From positions 1-64,000 of IMG/VR virus record IMGVR_UViG_3300044645_002359: a stretch of DNA of 64,000 nucleotides; one strand, 5' to 3'. Shown here piece after piece: positions 1-8,240 of this stretch; the first letter of the stretch is position 1; each line of letters opens with the position of its first letter. Position numbers and translations under genes: made by a program. Under the pieces are notes generated by a model. The model had not been told where the DNA came from and did not search any database. It saw only the letters and a program-made list of their open reading frames with translations.

Positions 1-17
1 AATTAATTCCAAGTTAA

Positions 18-90
18 GGGTCACTAACTCAATTGGTAGAGTAACTCCCTCTTAAGGAGTAGGTTCGGGGTTCAATTCCCCGGTGGCCCA
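18..90 (+). tRNA. tRNA-Lys(CTT)
   Basis: Cloverleaf; AC arm actcc-ctcttaa-ggagt. Confidence 0.9.
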
Positions 91-192
91 TACGTCTTTA
101 GTGAAGTCACTTTAGGCAACCGTGCTGGAGTAACCACTACTAAACTGCTCCTTCTTTCGAGAAATGTTTTCGGTTAAAAGATCGAAGAAAAC

Positions 193-265
193 GGGGGCAA
201 ATGTTCCAAGGTGGCGAGGACGCTTTGCAAGCGACTTGTGATCGGTTCAATTCCGATTGTCTCCA
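193..265 (+). tRNA. tRNA-Ala(TGC)
   Basis: Loop tttgcaa; G3:U70 pair. Confidence 0.8.
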
Positions 266-363
266 TTTCTGCTAACTCAGAATTATCCCTAAGTTCGCAA
301 TTTCTGAGGGATTTGATTTAAAAGTCTAGACTGTGAAATTGCACCCCAACTCTTGGGGTTAAT

Positions 364-432
364 GGGTTGTAGATTCAGTGGAAGAACGCCTCCTACTTGG
401 GGGCAGGCGCAGGTTCGATTCCTGCCAACCCG
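364..432 (+). tRNA. Aberrant tRNA-like gene, anticodon unclear
   Basis: D and T arms intact; cctcc-tactt-ggggg gives a 5-nt loop. Confidence 0.55.
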
Positions 433-669
433 ATTGTTTCCCTTGAGGAAACAGTTCCTTAGCATTAATATAGGTTGCCGGTTTGCGGCTAAGGATTAGT
501 AATAACCGGAAATGGCGCAGGATGCCCGCCCACCAGTTCACCTGGCAGAGTCCTTAAGGCGACGAAGCGTGACTCGTAAGTTCTTCGTGACAGGCTACCC
601 TGCGCTGCCTACACAAGTAGCATAGAGGTGTATCCGGCAACAAGACACCGAAAAACGAGGGATACTAAA

Positions 670-879
670 ATGAAAGGAACAATTTCTCCGGAACTTAGGG
701 CCATCTTAGCAAACCCTTCGACTTCAGAGGCTTTTCAGGAAGGGTTCTTAAATCGGGACCGTTCCAGACCAGCGGTGAATATAGACCTAGGCAACGGTCA
801 AACAGTCACCGTGAGAAACTTCTGGGCAGCGGCTCCTAAAAAGAAGAGAAATCTGTTTCAGATTCTCTTCGGGCGATAA
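670..879 (+). CDS. Hypothetical protein
   Basis: ORF in a tRNA spacer, ATG 670. Confidence 0.55.
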   Translation: MKGTISPELRAILANPSTSEAFQEGFLNRDRSRPAVNIDLGNGQTVTVRNFWAAAPKKKRNLFQILFGR

Positions 880-882
880 ATT

Positions 883-1040
883 TGAAGTGTGCCGGAACTG
901 GTATACGGGGGTGTGGTATCAGCCAATACGGATGGGGTTGTAAATGCTAATAGCAACTTCCTGGCTCATGGTCGGAACCACCTGTTAAGTAGCAGCCAAA
1001 CGCAATCTTAACATTGAGAGTTCGAGTCTCTCCACTTCAA
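883..1040 (+). ncRNA. Leu-like tRNA body with greatly expanded anticodon and variable regions (two CAGCCA motifs)
   Basis: Acceptor tgaagtg/cacttca, Leu-type D arm, T arm gagag-ttcgagt-ctctc; 158 nt. Confidence 0.65.
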
Positions 1041-1058
1041 TGTTTTTCTTCGAAAAAC

Positions 1059-1130
1059 GGGACCATAGCTCAGTGGTAGAGCGTTTCTTTGACACGGAAA
1101 AGGTCACAGGTTCAAGCCCTGTTGGTCCCA
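1059..1130 (+). tRNA. tRNA-Val(GAC)
   Basis: tttct-ttgacac-ggaaa. Confidence 0.9.
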
Positions 1131-1246
1131 CTTTTCGCTAACGCGAAAACGCAGAATCGTCTCCTGCGTTAAGAAACTTCGGTTGGTTGACGATAGGCCA
1201 AGGTCCGAAAACTGTAGGGTTCCTGGGTACCGTAAACCTGGGACGT

Positions 1247-1319
1247 GGGAATGTCGTATAGTGGACTAATACCCTCGGCCGATTACCGAGATACACAGGT
1301 TCGAATCCTGTCATTCCTA
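1247..1319 (+). tRNA. tRNA with GAT anticodon (Ile?), atypical C33
   Basis: ctcgg-ccgatta-ccgag. Confidence 0.65.
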
Positions 1320-1358
1320 CTTTGCTTAGGCAAAACTCTCTGTTTTTCGCAGAAAAAC

Positions 1359-1431
1359 GGCCCTATCGACTAATGGCGTAGGTCGCTACCTTCTCAAGGT
1401 GGAAATACCGGTTCGAATCCGGTTGGGGCAA
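1359..1431 (+). tRNA. tRNA-Glu(CTC)
   Basis: ctacc-ttctcaa-ggtgg. Confidence 0.85.
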
Positions 1432-1580
1432 TTTCCCTAAGGTTCTTAGGGCTTCCTGAACTAAATATAGGAACTGAAACCGAGTTCGATTCTCGGGGTA
1501 CTTGGTAGTTGTGTGGGTTCGATTCCCACCTAGAGTGCACGGTGCACGGGAAGGTTCGAAACCTTCTGGTTTAGGAAAAT

Positions 1581-1665
1581 GGAAGGGCAATCCGATTGGC
1601 GACGGAACCGATCTTGAAAATCGTTGAGTGTAAAAGCCTTGGGAGTTCGACTCTCCCCTCTTCCG
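1581..1665 (+). tRNA. tRNA-Ser(TGA)
   Basis: Loop cttgaaa, long variable arm. Confidence 0.9.
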
Positions 1666-1707
1666 TGCTTTCTGCTTTTGCAGAAAGAAACTGCTCCAAG
1701 GAGCAAT

Positions 1708-1779
1708 GCGAACGTAACTCAGCGGTAGAGTGCCTCGTTGCCAACGAGACTGTCGAGGGTTCAAATCCCTTCGTTCGCT
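1708..1779 (+). tRNA. tRNA-Gly(GCC)
   Basis: Loop ttgccaa. Confidence 0.9.
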
Positions 1780-1956
1780 TGAAACCTTGCGGTTTCAGGT
1801 TGTTGCCCGACATAAAAACACCGCCCTTCTCGGGCTGTTGCAAAGTCGGAATTTGCACTCGCAACATTTGCAATGAGTGGCAAAGGCAAAGGGAAGAGAC
1901 AACAACTTCAACTTCTGCGGGGGATGGCGCCATCCCTCTCAGAGCTTAAAAAGTGA

Positions 1957-2038
1957 GCGCACGTGGCGGAACAGGCAGACGCGTATGGTTTAGGCCCATA
2001 TGGGGTACCCCATGGAGGTTCGAGTCCTCTCGTGCGCA
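1957..2038 (+). tRNA. tRNA-Leu(TAG)
   Basis: tatgg-tttaggc-ccata, variable arm. Confidence 0.9.
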
Positions 2039-2164
2039 CTTACCTCTGGTTAATAATCTAGAGGCAAAGGCAAGTAGCTCAGTTGGTAGTCCAACCTTGT
2101 TGTTTGACGAGACAAAAGTTTACTTATTGTGGGCACAACTATGATAAGTTCACTTCTGGAAAGA

Positions 2165-2237
2165 GCCTTCTTAACTCAGTGAACAGAGTACCGGGTTTCG
2201 AGCCGGTGGGTCGCAGGTTTGAATCCTGCAGAGGGCG
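2165..2237 (+). tRNA. tRNA-Arg(TCG), apparent 8-nt anticodon loop
   Basis: accgg-gtttcgag-ccggt. Confidence 0.7.
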
Positions 2238-2256
2238 TTTTCCTTACGGAAAACAT

Positions 2257-2345
2257 AGAAGAGTGGCCGAGTGGCTTAAGGCGACGGTTTGCTAAACCGT
2301 TGAGTCGCGAAAGCGGCTCCGGGGGTTCGAATCCCCCCTCTTCTG
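2257..2345 (+). tRNA. tRNA-Ser(GCT)
   Basis: Loop ttgctaa, long variable arm. Confidence 0.9.
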
Positions 2346-2347
2346 TT

Positions 2348-2435
2348 GAGAGTGCGTCTGGGCAGGACGGGTGCGACGGCATCGAAAGTTCGATTCTTTC
2401 ATCTGGCAATGGTGGTTCGAATCCACCTACTCTCA
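2348..2435 (+). ncRNA. tRNA-like RNA with two T arms and no anticodon loop
   Basis: Acceptor gagagtg/tactctc; T arms gaaag-ttcgatt-ctttc and ggtgg-ttcgaat-ccacc. Confidence 0.6.
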
Positions 2436-2439
2436 AATT

Positions 2440-2529
2440 GGAGAATTGACCGAGTGGCTTATGGTGCCTGCTTGGAAAGCAGGTGGTGTCCTCATCGGGC
2501 ACCCGTGGGTTCAAATCCCTCATTCTCCG
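2440..2529 (+). tRNA. tRNA-Ser(GGA)
   Basis: cctgc-ttggaaa-gcagg. Confidence 0.9.
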
Positions 2530-2617
2530 TCGCCCCTAAAATGAGGGGGTCAATGTAGAATCGTCTAGCGGCTTCTCTACACGGTAAAGCCCGGTCTTTT
2601 GCTTCAGCAAAAGGGTT

Positions 2618-2680
2618 CGGTTAACCGCCCTGAACCGTTCGGTTCACACCCTTGTTTCTGCTCCGCAGAAACGCTATCAT
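2618..2680 (+). promoter_or_regulatory. Class I repeated promoter
   Basis: cggttaaccg; TTGTTT-17-TATCAT; ATG 2687. Confidence 0.8.
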
Positions 2681-2686
2681 AGAGTT

Positions 2687-2953
2687 ATGGAAAGCACTTC
2701 ACGGATGAGACTGAAAGACTGGTAGAATCTTGGGCGTAACGCTCGAGTAGAGGGTGAGAACCAAGCAAGCTGGATTGCTCTTATTCAAGATGATCTGTCT
2801 CAACTAACTCACTCTGACGAAGCCTTTTTGTCAGGACACACCTCGCTATTGTCTTGGAGGCCCCTCTCAGCCTTCTCTCCCAAGATGATTAGCACGGGTC
2901 CCTCTCCCTTAATTCGTCAAGTTTTCGAGAGACCTTTTCGCTTCTTTCTCTGA
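2687..2953 (+). pseudogene. Leaderless hypothetical ORF with in-frame TAG at 2723
   Basis: MESTSRMRLKDW*NLGRNAR... stays open to TGA 2951. Confidence 0.6.
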
Positions 2954-2969
2954 GAAGCCCCATCTATAA

Positions 2970-3040
2970 TCCGGAGTCGTCTAACGGCAGGACACCTCCC
3001 TTTGAAGGAGTTTACATAGGTTCGAATCCTATCTCCGGAA
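2970..3040 (+). tRNA. tRNA-Gln(TTG)
   Basis: Loop ctttgaa; acceptor tccggag/ctccgga. Confidence 0.9.
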
Positions 3041-3135
3041 TTGTCTGAAAGTAAACTTAATTCAAGTGAGTTTACTTTTCAGCAAGCCCCTATAATAGGG
3101 ATGTAACGCGGGTGAGTGTTTCGCTCCGCGAACTC

Positions 3136-3183
3136 AGATGATTCAGCGATTGACTCCTTCGAACTGGAAAAACAATCATCTAG
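3136..3183 (+). ncRNA. Helix-CAGC(A/G)A module, type 1
   Basis: agatgatt-cagcga...aaaac-aatcatct. Confidence 0.65.
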
Positions 3184-3470
3184 CCTAATTTTGTTAGAAA
3201 TTTTCAAAACACAGTAAAGTCCCAAAGTAATCGGAACAGGCATCAGGGTTCAAATCTATAAGTAAATGCTGATAGGCGTATTGAACCTACGTTGATAAGG
3301 ACGGTATCGAAACCCCGCCTTCTTATTGAAAATAGATTCTTTTGCTTCCAGGTTCGATTCCCTGGTTGGGGCATTGCCCACGGTTGGGTCTGGGTAATAT
3401 GACTTAGGGTATAAATGGGAGACCATCACCTCAAAGTTTCATTACCCTTGGACTCAAACCAAAGCAGCAT

Positions 3471-3543
3471 GGTGGTAGTAGCCAAGCGGTAAGGCATCTG
3501 GTTGTGAGCCAGAGTAGCGCGGGTTCGATTCCCGTCTATCACC
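3471..3543 (+). tRNA. tRNA-His(GTG)
   Basis: tctgg-ttgtgag-ccaga, G-1. Confidence 0.9.
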
Positions 3544-3582
3544 CTTTGCTGACGCAAACATTGCGAAAGCATCACACAAAAT

Positions 3583-3664
3583 GCGGGTATAGCTCAGCGG
3601 TAGAGCACTTGTCTTCCAAACAAGAGGCGAATAGTTCACGCAGGTTCGAATCCTGTTACCCGCT
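3583..3664 (+). tRNA. tRNA-Gly(TCC) with extended variable loop
   Basis: cttgt-cttccaa-acaag; 15-nt variable region. Confidence 0.85.
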
Positions 3665-3693
3665 TTTTTCTCTCACGAGAAAATTTCAAATTT

Positions 3694-3764
3694 ACGTAGA
3701 TGGTGTAGCGGTAACATGACGGTCTCCAAAACCGTTGTCCACAGTTCAATCCTGTGTCTGCGTG
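3694..3764 (+). tRNA. tRNA-Trp(CCA)
   Basis: Loop ctccaaa. Confidence 0.9.
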
Positions 3765-3784
3765 TCTTTCGCTTCGCGAAAGTT

Positions 3785-3847
3785 CGGCTAACCGTCCCCA
3801 ACGGTTCGGTTCTCCCCCTTGTTTCTGCCCCGCAGAAACGCTATGAT
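3785..3847 (+). promoter_or_regulatory. Class I repeated promoter
   Basis: cggctaaccg; TTGTTT-17-TATGAT; GTG 3854. Confidence 0.8.
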
Positions 3848-3932
3848 ATAAGGGTGGTTGAGAGAGGGCTTCGCCCTCACCTCCTCCCTGGTTTTTGCGA
3901 AAGCAAAAAAGCAACTTGACAATTTAAACATT

Positions 3933-4013
3933 GCCCGTCTGGCGGAATGGTAGACGCACCTGACTTAAAATCAGGCGCCGAAAGGCGTGGGAGTTCAAGT
4001 CTCCCGATGGGCA
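3933..4013 (+). tRNA. tRNA-Leu(TAA)
   Basis: Loop cttaaaa, variable arm. Confidence 0.9.
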
Positions 4014-4133
4014 TTGCGTTGGCAAACGCAAAGGCGAATGGCTACTATGCACGGTTGCCGCCAGCCTGAGATTGGCCCCTTGGTTCGATTCCCTGGCCTC
4101 TGGTGAGGTGGGTTCCCAATCTCTCAATTTTTT

Positions 4134-4207
4134 GCCCTGGTAGCTCAGTGGAAGAGCACTACGCTACGAACGTAGGTTTTGCGGGGGTTCGAATCCCTCC
4201 CAGGGTG
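4134..4207 (+). tRNA. tRNA-Arg(ACG)
   Basis: ctacg-ctacgaa-cgtag. Confidence 0.9.
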
Positions 4208-4274
4208 TTGCCTCCAGCAGGTTTGCTAGTGCGGTTCTTAAGAACAAGCAAGTGAGCCATTTCTTGAGGTTAAT

Positions 4275-4348
4275 GACCTTGTAGCTTAGCGGCTTAAAGC
4301 GCCTCCCTGTCACGGAGGAGATCAGGGGTTCGAATCCCCTCAGGGTCG
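4275..4348 (+). tRNA. tRNA-Asp(GTC)
   Basis: Loop ctgtcac. Confidence 0.9.
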
Positions 4349-4478
4349 TTTTTGCTATCGCAAAAACCCAAAGCCATGGGTAACTGATGGCACAAAGGGT
4401 GTGAGTCCCGAGGGGAAAGCAACTGCAATTGTAATACCCGGCCCTTCAAAGTAACTTGCAGGTTTCTTCATAGGGATT

Positions 4479-4548
4479 TGGACGTTAGCTCAACTGGAAG
4501 AGCGCCGCCCACCGGTGGAGGTTGCGGGTTCGAGTCCCGTGCGTTCAA
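4479..4548 (+). tRNA. tRNA-like gene with 4-nt anticodon loop
   Basis: ccgcc-cacc-ggtgg; D and T arms and acceptor intact. Confidence 0.7.
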
Positions 4549-4609
4549 TTTGCCCTCAGGTGAAAGTCTAGGGGTAATAATTACCGGGAGATCAAACCCT
4601 GGTAAAAAA

Positions 4610-4686
4610 CGGGAATTAGCTCAGTCTTGGTGAAGAGCGCTCGTCTGAAAAACGAGAGGTCCGCAGTTCGATTCTGCGATTTCCGG
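4610..4686 (+). tRNA. tRNA-Phe(GAA)
   Basis: ctcgt-ctgaaaa-acgag. Confidence 0.9.
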
Positions 4687-4707
4687 TTGTTTTGCGATAG
4701 CAAAACT

Positions 4708-4761
4708 AAGATGGTTCAGCAATCTAAAAACTTTCTTTTTGGTAGAAAAACAACCATCTTG
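4708..4761 (+). ncRNA. Helix-CAGCAA module presenting a Gln(TTG)-like anticodon stem-loop
   Basis: aagatggtt-cagcaa...tttct-ttttggt-agaaa...aaccatctt. Confidence 0.75.
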
Positions 4762-4879
4762 TGTAACCTCACAGTTACAAGCTTCGGAATTGACTTAGAA
4801 AGTGGTGCCGTCACCACTCACAGTTTTAACTGCAGAGTTTAGTCAATCTCCTTGATCGTAGCGGGTAAACGGTCTTCAA

Positions 4880-4951
4880 CGGAATGTAGCTCAGAGGGAG
4901 AGCACTCGTCTGGGGGGCGAGAAGTCGTCGGTTCAATCCCGGCCATTCCGA
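4880..4951 (+). tRNA. tRNA-Pro(GGG)
   Basis: ctcgt-ctggggg-gcgag. Confidence 0.85.
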
Positions 4952-5142
4952 TACCGACCGCAATAGATCTTGCGCGGTCGGGTTCACCTAGTAAGTGGTG
5001 AGACGAATTACACGATTTCCCATCGGTAATACTATAAAAAGCAAACTTGCAAGAAAGGTGTAAGTCCTAGGTTGAGTCCTCGCCAAGGAAGCAACCCTCT
5101 CCGCGAAGCGATTGGCAGTCGTTAGCATAAGGAGAGCCAAAC

Positions 5143-5210
5143 CGCTCCGTAGTTTAGTGGCAGAACGTCCCCGCGACGGGGTTAATTCGGGTTCGAATCC
5201 CGACAGAGCA
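5143..5210 (+). tRNA. tRNA-like gene with 5-nt anticodon loop
   Basis: cccc-gcgac-gggg; T arm tcggg-ttcgaat-cccga. Confidence 0.6.
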
Positions 5211-5396
5211 ATTTGCCCACAAGTGACAAATCCTATTTCATATGAAAGTAGAAACACCGAAATTGGTGAGAGAGATTCTTCAAGATGCTGAGGCAAGGAA
5301 ACAACTGGCTGCTGCCATAGCTAATCCTTCTCTCACTGTCACACTTAAGGGTAAAACCTATACGCTGGAAAGCATTAAGTTACACACTTAGCACAA

Positions 5397-5470
5397 GGGC
5401 TCGTAGCTCAATTGGAAGAGCACCTGTTTTGCAAGCAGGGGGGTTGTCGGTTCGAGACCGATCTTGTCCA
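5397..5470 (+). tRNA. tRNA-Ala(TGC), second copy, mismatched acceptor
   Basis: cctgt-tttgcaa-gcagg; G3:U70. Confidence 0.8.
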
Positions 5471-5530
5471 CTTGGGGTCGCTCCCCCTCTGAGTAAGTCC
5501 ACCAGGTCTATAATAGACGAAAGGGCTCCA

Positions 5531-5604
5531 CGGGATGTAGCTCAGTTTGGTAGAGCCTTCGCTTTGGGAGCGAGAGGTCGCAGGTTCGAATCCTGTCATC
5601 CCGA
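5531..5604 (+). tRNA. tRNA-Pro(TGG)
   Basis: Loop tttggga. Confidence 0.9.
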
Positions 5605-5632
5605 TTGCCGTAATTAACACACGGTACAATAA

Positions 5633-5704
5633 CGCGGAGTAGAGAAGTAGAATCTCGTCAGGCTCATACCCTGAAGATCGCTGGTGCAAATCCAGCTTCC
5701 GCCA
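5633..5704 (+). tRNA. tRNA-fMet(CAT)
   Basis: tcagg-ctcatac-cctga; 1:72 mismatch. Confidence 0.8.
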
Positions 5705-5874
5705 TGTTTGCTCCAGCAAACCAACTATCTTGCATAACCTACCGGTTAGAGCGCGTAACGCTCGGTACCACCCCCCGAACGGGGTTCTCCCAGGCTTGTG
5801 CCCCAGGCCTGGAGCCTCCTGCCCCCTAAGGACAAGGTGCCCTACAAGGGCTTCCAGGCCCCTCTCAGAGGGGG

Positions 5875-5937
5875 CGGTAAGCCGACCCTTCCGGTTCGGT
5901 TCTCCGGCTTGTTTCTGCCTCGCAGAAACGCTATGAT
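5875..5937 (+). promoter_or_regulatory. Class I repeated promoter
   Basis: cggtaagccg; TTGTTT-17-TATGAT; ATG 5944. Confidence 0.85.
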
Positions 5938-5943
5938 ATTAAC

Positions 5944-6261
5944 ATGGAAATCACCGCTTCGTCATCGCCCCTTTCCCCCGCTGAGATGGTCATGGGTTTC
6001 GTACACCGGGCTCGCTCGTCCAGCTTTGCGGGCGGCTTCTCTGAGCGCGACTTTGCTGCTCATGTGCTTCTCTCCGCAGTTGATCAAGTTGATTTGGATC
6101 AATATTCGCGGGAAGCTTTTCTGGCGATCGCCGATGAATTGAGTCGCTATCGCCCGCTTGATATGGTCGAGGAACTGTCAGCCCGTCTTCGCCGTCGGGA
6201 AGCTAGCTTGCAGGCACGTCGTTTACGTCGTCAGCAGCGTATCGCAGACAGAGTAGAATAA
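5944..6261 (+). CDS. Hypothetical protein (leaderless)
   Basis: ATG 6 nt after -10. Confidence 0.7.
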   Translation: MEITASSSPLSPAEMVMGFVHRARSSSFAGGFSERDFAAHVLLSAVDQVDLDQYSREAFLAIADELSRYRPLDMVEELSARLRRREASLQARRLRRQQRIADRVE

Positions 6262-6492
6262 TACGAGGCTCAACTGGTTTTGAGCCACTTTAACTAGTGC
6301 AACTCTAAACCAACATGACAACCCTGTACGTCTTCAAAAAACCAGATATGTACTTGTACGAACCCTAGGCAAAACACCAGAGGAACCTCTCTTTTCGGTG
6401 ATTGCCAGCGGTCCATGAAAGCCATTAACAAAGAACGGCTCCGTTTATTCTGACCTTAGCGGAGTGAAATACAATCTTAGACTCAAACAACT

Positions 6493-6693
6493 ATGAAAAT
6501 TAAGGCAATCACACCTCTTGGAACTTTTGTCTCTGTAGAGCAACCCTTCACCGAGTCTCAAAGGAAAAGACTCGACGAGATCTTGACAAATAATATAGAA
6601 GACCTTAAGTTCTACACTTGTGTAACTGAGGAGGGTCCGGTATATTTCGGGCTGAATGTAATTCAAAACTCCGTTTTTGTCCTCCTGGACTGA
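6493..6693 (+). CDS. Hypothetical protein
   Basis: ORF track. Confidence 0.6.
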   Translation: MKIKAITPLGTFVSVEQPFTESQRKRLDEILTNNIEDLKFYTCVTEEGPVYFGLNVIQNSVFVLLD

Positions 6694-6724
6694 AATAAGG
6701 GGGCAGTCACCGTGGCCCTTTATC

Positions 6725-6796
6725 GGGAGATTAGCTCAGCGGTAGAGCGCCTGCCCTACAAGCAGGATGTCATCGGTTCAAGCCCGGTATCTCCCA
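6725..6796 (+). tRNA. tRNA-Val(TAC)
   Basis: cctgc-cctacaa-gcagg (C33). Confidence 0.85.
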
Positions 6797-6950
6797 TTTG
6801 CTCTGAATCTAGATGAAGGGCAAAGTTTTCAACCTGTGAAAACCTGGTAATGCGCACCCTGCCAGTGTCTGGCTTTTTCGATAAGAGCCCGTTACTAGCC
6901 TATATCAACGTTAAAATAAGGGTAGAGCGGAGGTCGCGCCTTCGCATCTT

Positions 6951-7022
6951 AGGTATGTAGCCAAGTGGTAAGGCAGCTCACTGTTAATGAGCCCAGCGTA
7001 GGTTCGATCCCTACCATACCTG
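6951..7022 (+). tRNA. tRNA-Asn(GTT)
   Basis: Loop ctgttaa. Confidence 0.9.
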
Positions 7023-7048
7023 TCCCAAGGGCTTAACACCCTCGGCAA

Positions 7049-7119
7049 GCCCCTATAGCTCAGTGGTAGAGTGCCTCTTTGGTAAGGAGGAGACGCGAGT
7101 TCAATTCTCGCTGGGGGCT
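7049..7119 (+). tRNA. tRNA-Thr(GGT)
   Basis: Loop ttggtaa. Confidence 0.85.
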
Positions 7120-7136
7120 TTCGCTTCGCAAAGGTT

Positions 7137-7199
7137 CGGTTAACCGCCCCGAAACGTTCGGTTCTCACCCTTGGCAAGCCCTGGCAAAGACCCTATAGT
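7137..7199 (+). promoter_or_regulatory. Class I repeated promoter
   Basis: cggttaaccg; TTGGCA-17-TATAGT; ATG 7206. Confidence 0.8.
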
Positions 7200-7205
7200 T
7201 AGAGC

Positions 7206-7382
7206 ATGAACGAAGACACCAAGCGGCGGATCCTTGAAACTCTCCAAGATGAGCGGGAGGCTCGGTCCAAGGCCCTTGCCTCGCGAGGTTTCACGAGTGA
7301 GCAAGCCCACGCTTACATCGCGGGATACACGGAATCCGTTCTCAACCGCATCCAAGAGCTTCTCTCTGATTCAATCTTGTGA
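7206..7382 (+). CDS. Hypothetical 58-aa protein (leaderless)
   Basis: MNEDTKRRILETLQ...; read manually. Confidence 0.65.
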   Translation: MNEDTKRRILETLQDEREARSKALASRGFTSEQAHAYIAGYTESVLNRIQELLSDSIL

Positions 7383-7523
7383 CGAAACCCGTGAGCCGAA
7401 ACCAAAGCAGATACCTCAGAGAGGTTAGAGACTTTCCTACGAAAATTGCTAAGCAACTCTGGAAGAAGTTTGCCAGAAGAGCAGTTAGACTCCGCAACAA
7501 GAAAACCTTTGAACGTGAAAACC

Positions 7524-7751
7524 ATGACAAATACCAACGCGACTGACGCCCAAACTGTGATCCAACAAGGTTTGAAGATCAACCAACTTCTGCGAGAAAT
7601 TGATTCCCTTAAGAGTCTGGCAGAGGATATGATCCACGCTCTAAATATGGCCTCGTATGACGTTGAGGATCCTTCCAAGAGCCACCTGCTGGAGGTGAAC
7701 GCCGACCAATTTAGCGATAGGTTCCTGTCGATTATTCGGTCAGAGCCCTGA
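7524..7751 (+). CDS. Hypothetical protein
   Basis: ORF track, internal ATG. Confidence 0.6.
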   Translation: MTNTNATDAQTVIQQGLKINQLLREIDSLKSLAEDMIHALNMASYDVEDPSKSHLLEVNADQFSDRFLSIIRSEP

Positions 7752-7788
7752 GTTTACTTTCCTAAGGCAACCCTATAATAGGTTCAAC

Positions 7789-7861
7789 GTTCCAGTGGCC
7801 AAGTGGTCTAAGGCTGGTGCCTGCAAAGCACCGATCGTCGGTTCGACTCCGACCTGGAACT
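7789..7861 (+). tRNA. tRNA-Cys(GCA)
   Basis: Loop ctgcaaa; U73. Confidence 0.9.
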
Positions 7862-7890
7862 TTGCGTTAGAGTGAAAATTCTAAAGCCAC

Positions 7891-7964
7891 GCTGGCTTAG
7901 CTCAGTTGGATAGAGCAGCTGTTTTGTAAACAGCAGGTCGTCGGTTCGAGTCCGACAGTCAGCT
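7891..7964 (+). tRNA. tRNA-Thr(TGT)
   Basis: gctgt-tttgtaa-acagc. Confidence 0.9.
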
Positions 7965-7981
7965 TTTTAAATCAATCGAAA

Positions 7982-8221
7982 ATGTCAAGGGTAACCCTAA
8001 AGCAGCTGATCAAACAAGGTTTCGAACAAGAACCTCGTGACGGCACCGTGACAATTTTTCGAAACCTGCGGGACGGAAACTTGTATCGCATCTACCTGGC
8101 TTCCCCACGGATGTATACTGGAAGCCGGTTAATTGCTGAGCGCATGTTTTATCCCAACGGAGTCACAAAGCGGATTCCTGAGTCCCATCAGAAAGATTAC
8201 GTTGTTGTTTCCTATCGATAA
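7982..8221 (+). CDS. Hypothetical protein
   Basis: Tiled + strand ORF. Confidence 0.6.
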   Translation: MSRVTLKQLIKQGFEQEPRDGTVTIFRNLRDGNLYRIYLASPRMYTGSRLIAERMFYPNGVTKRIPESHQKDYVVVSYR

Positions 8222-8240
8222 TCATGATTGATATCAACGA

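Noticed and set aside
883-1040. Group I intron in a tRNA-Leu
   Set aside because: The insert is under 100 nt and shows no P/Q/R/S core.
1150-1245. SRP RNA (caaggtccgaaa resemblance)
   Set aside because: It lacks the GGAA tetraloop and the AGCAG symmetric loop of domain IV.
359-7428. Track ORFs overlapping the tRNA array (e.g. 1363-1764, 1596-1949, 2176-2523, 5408-5719)
   Set aside because: They are translations of tRNA sequence (GFEP/GSNP-type peptides).
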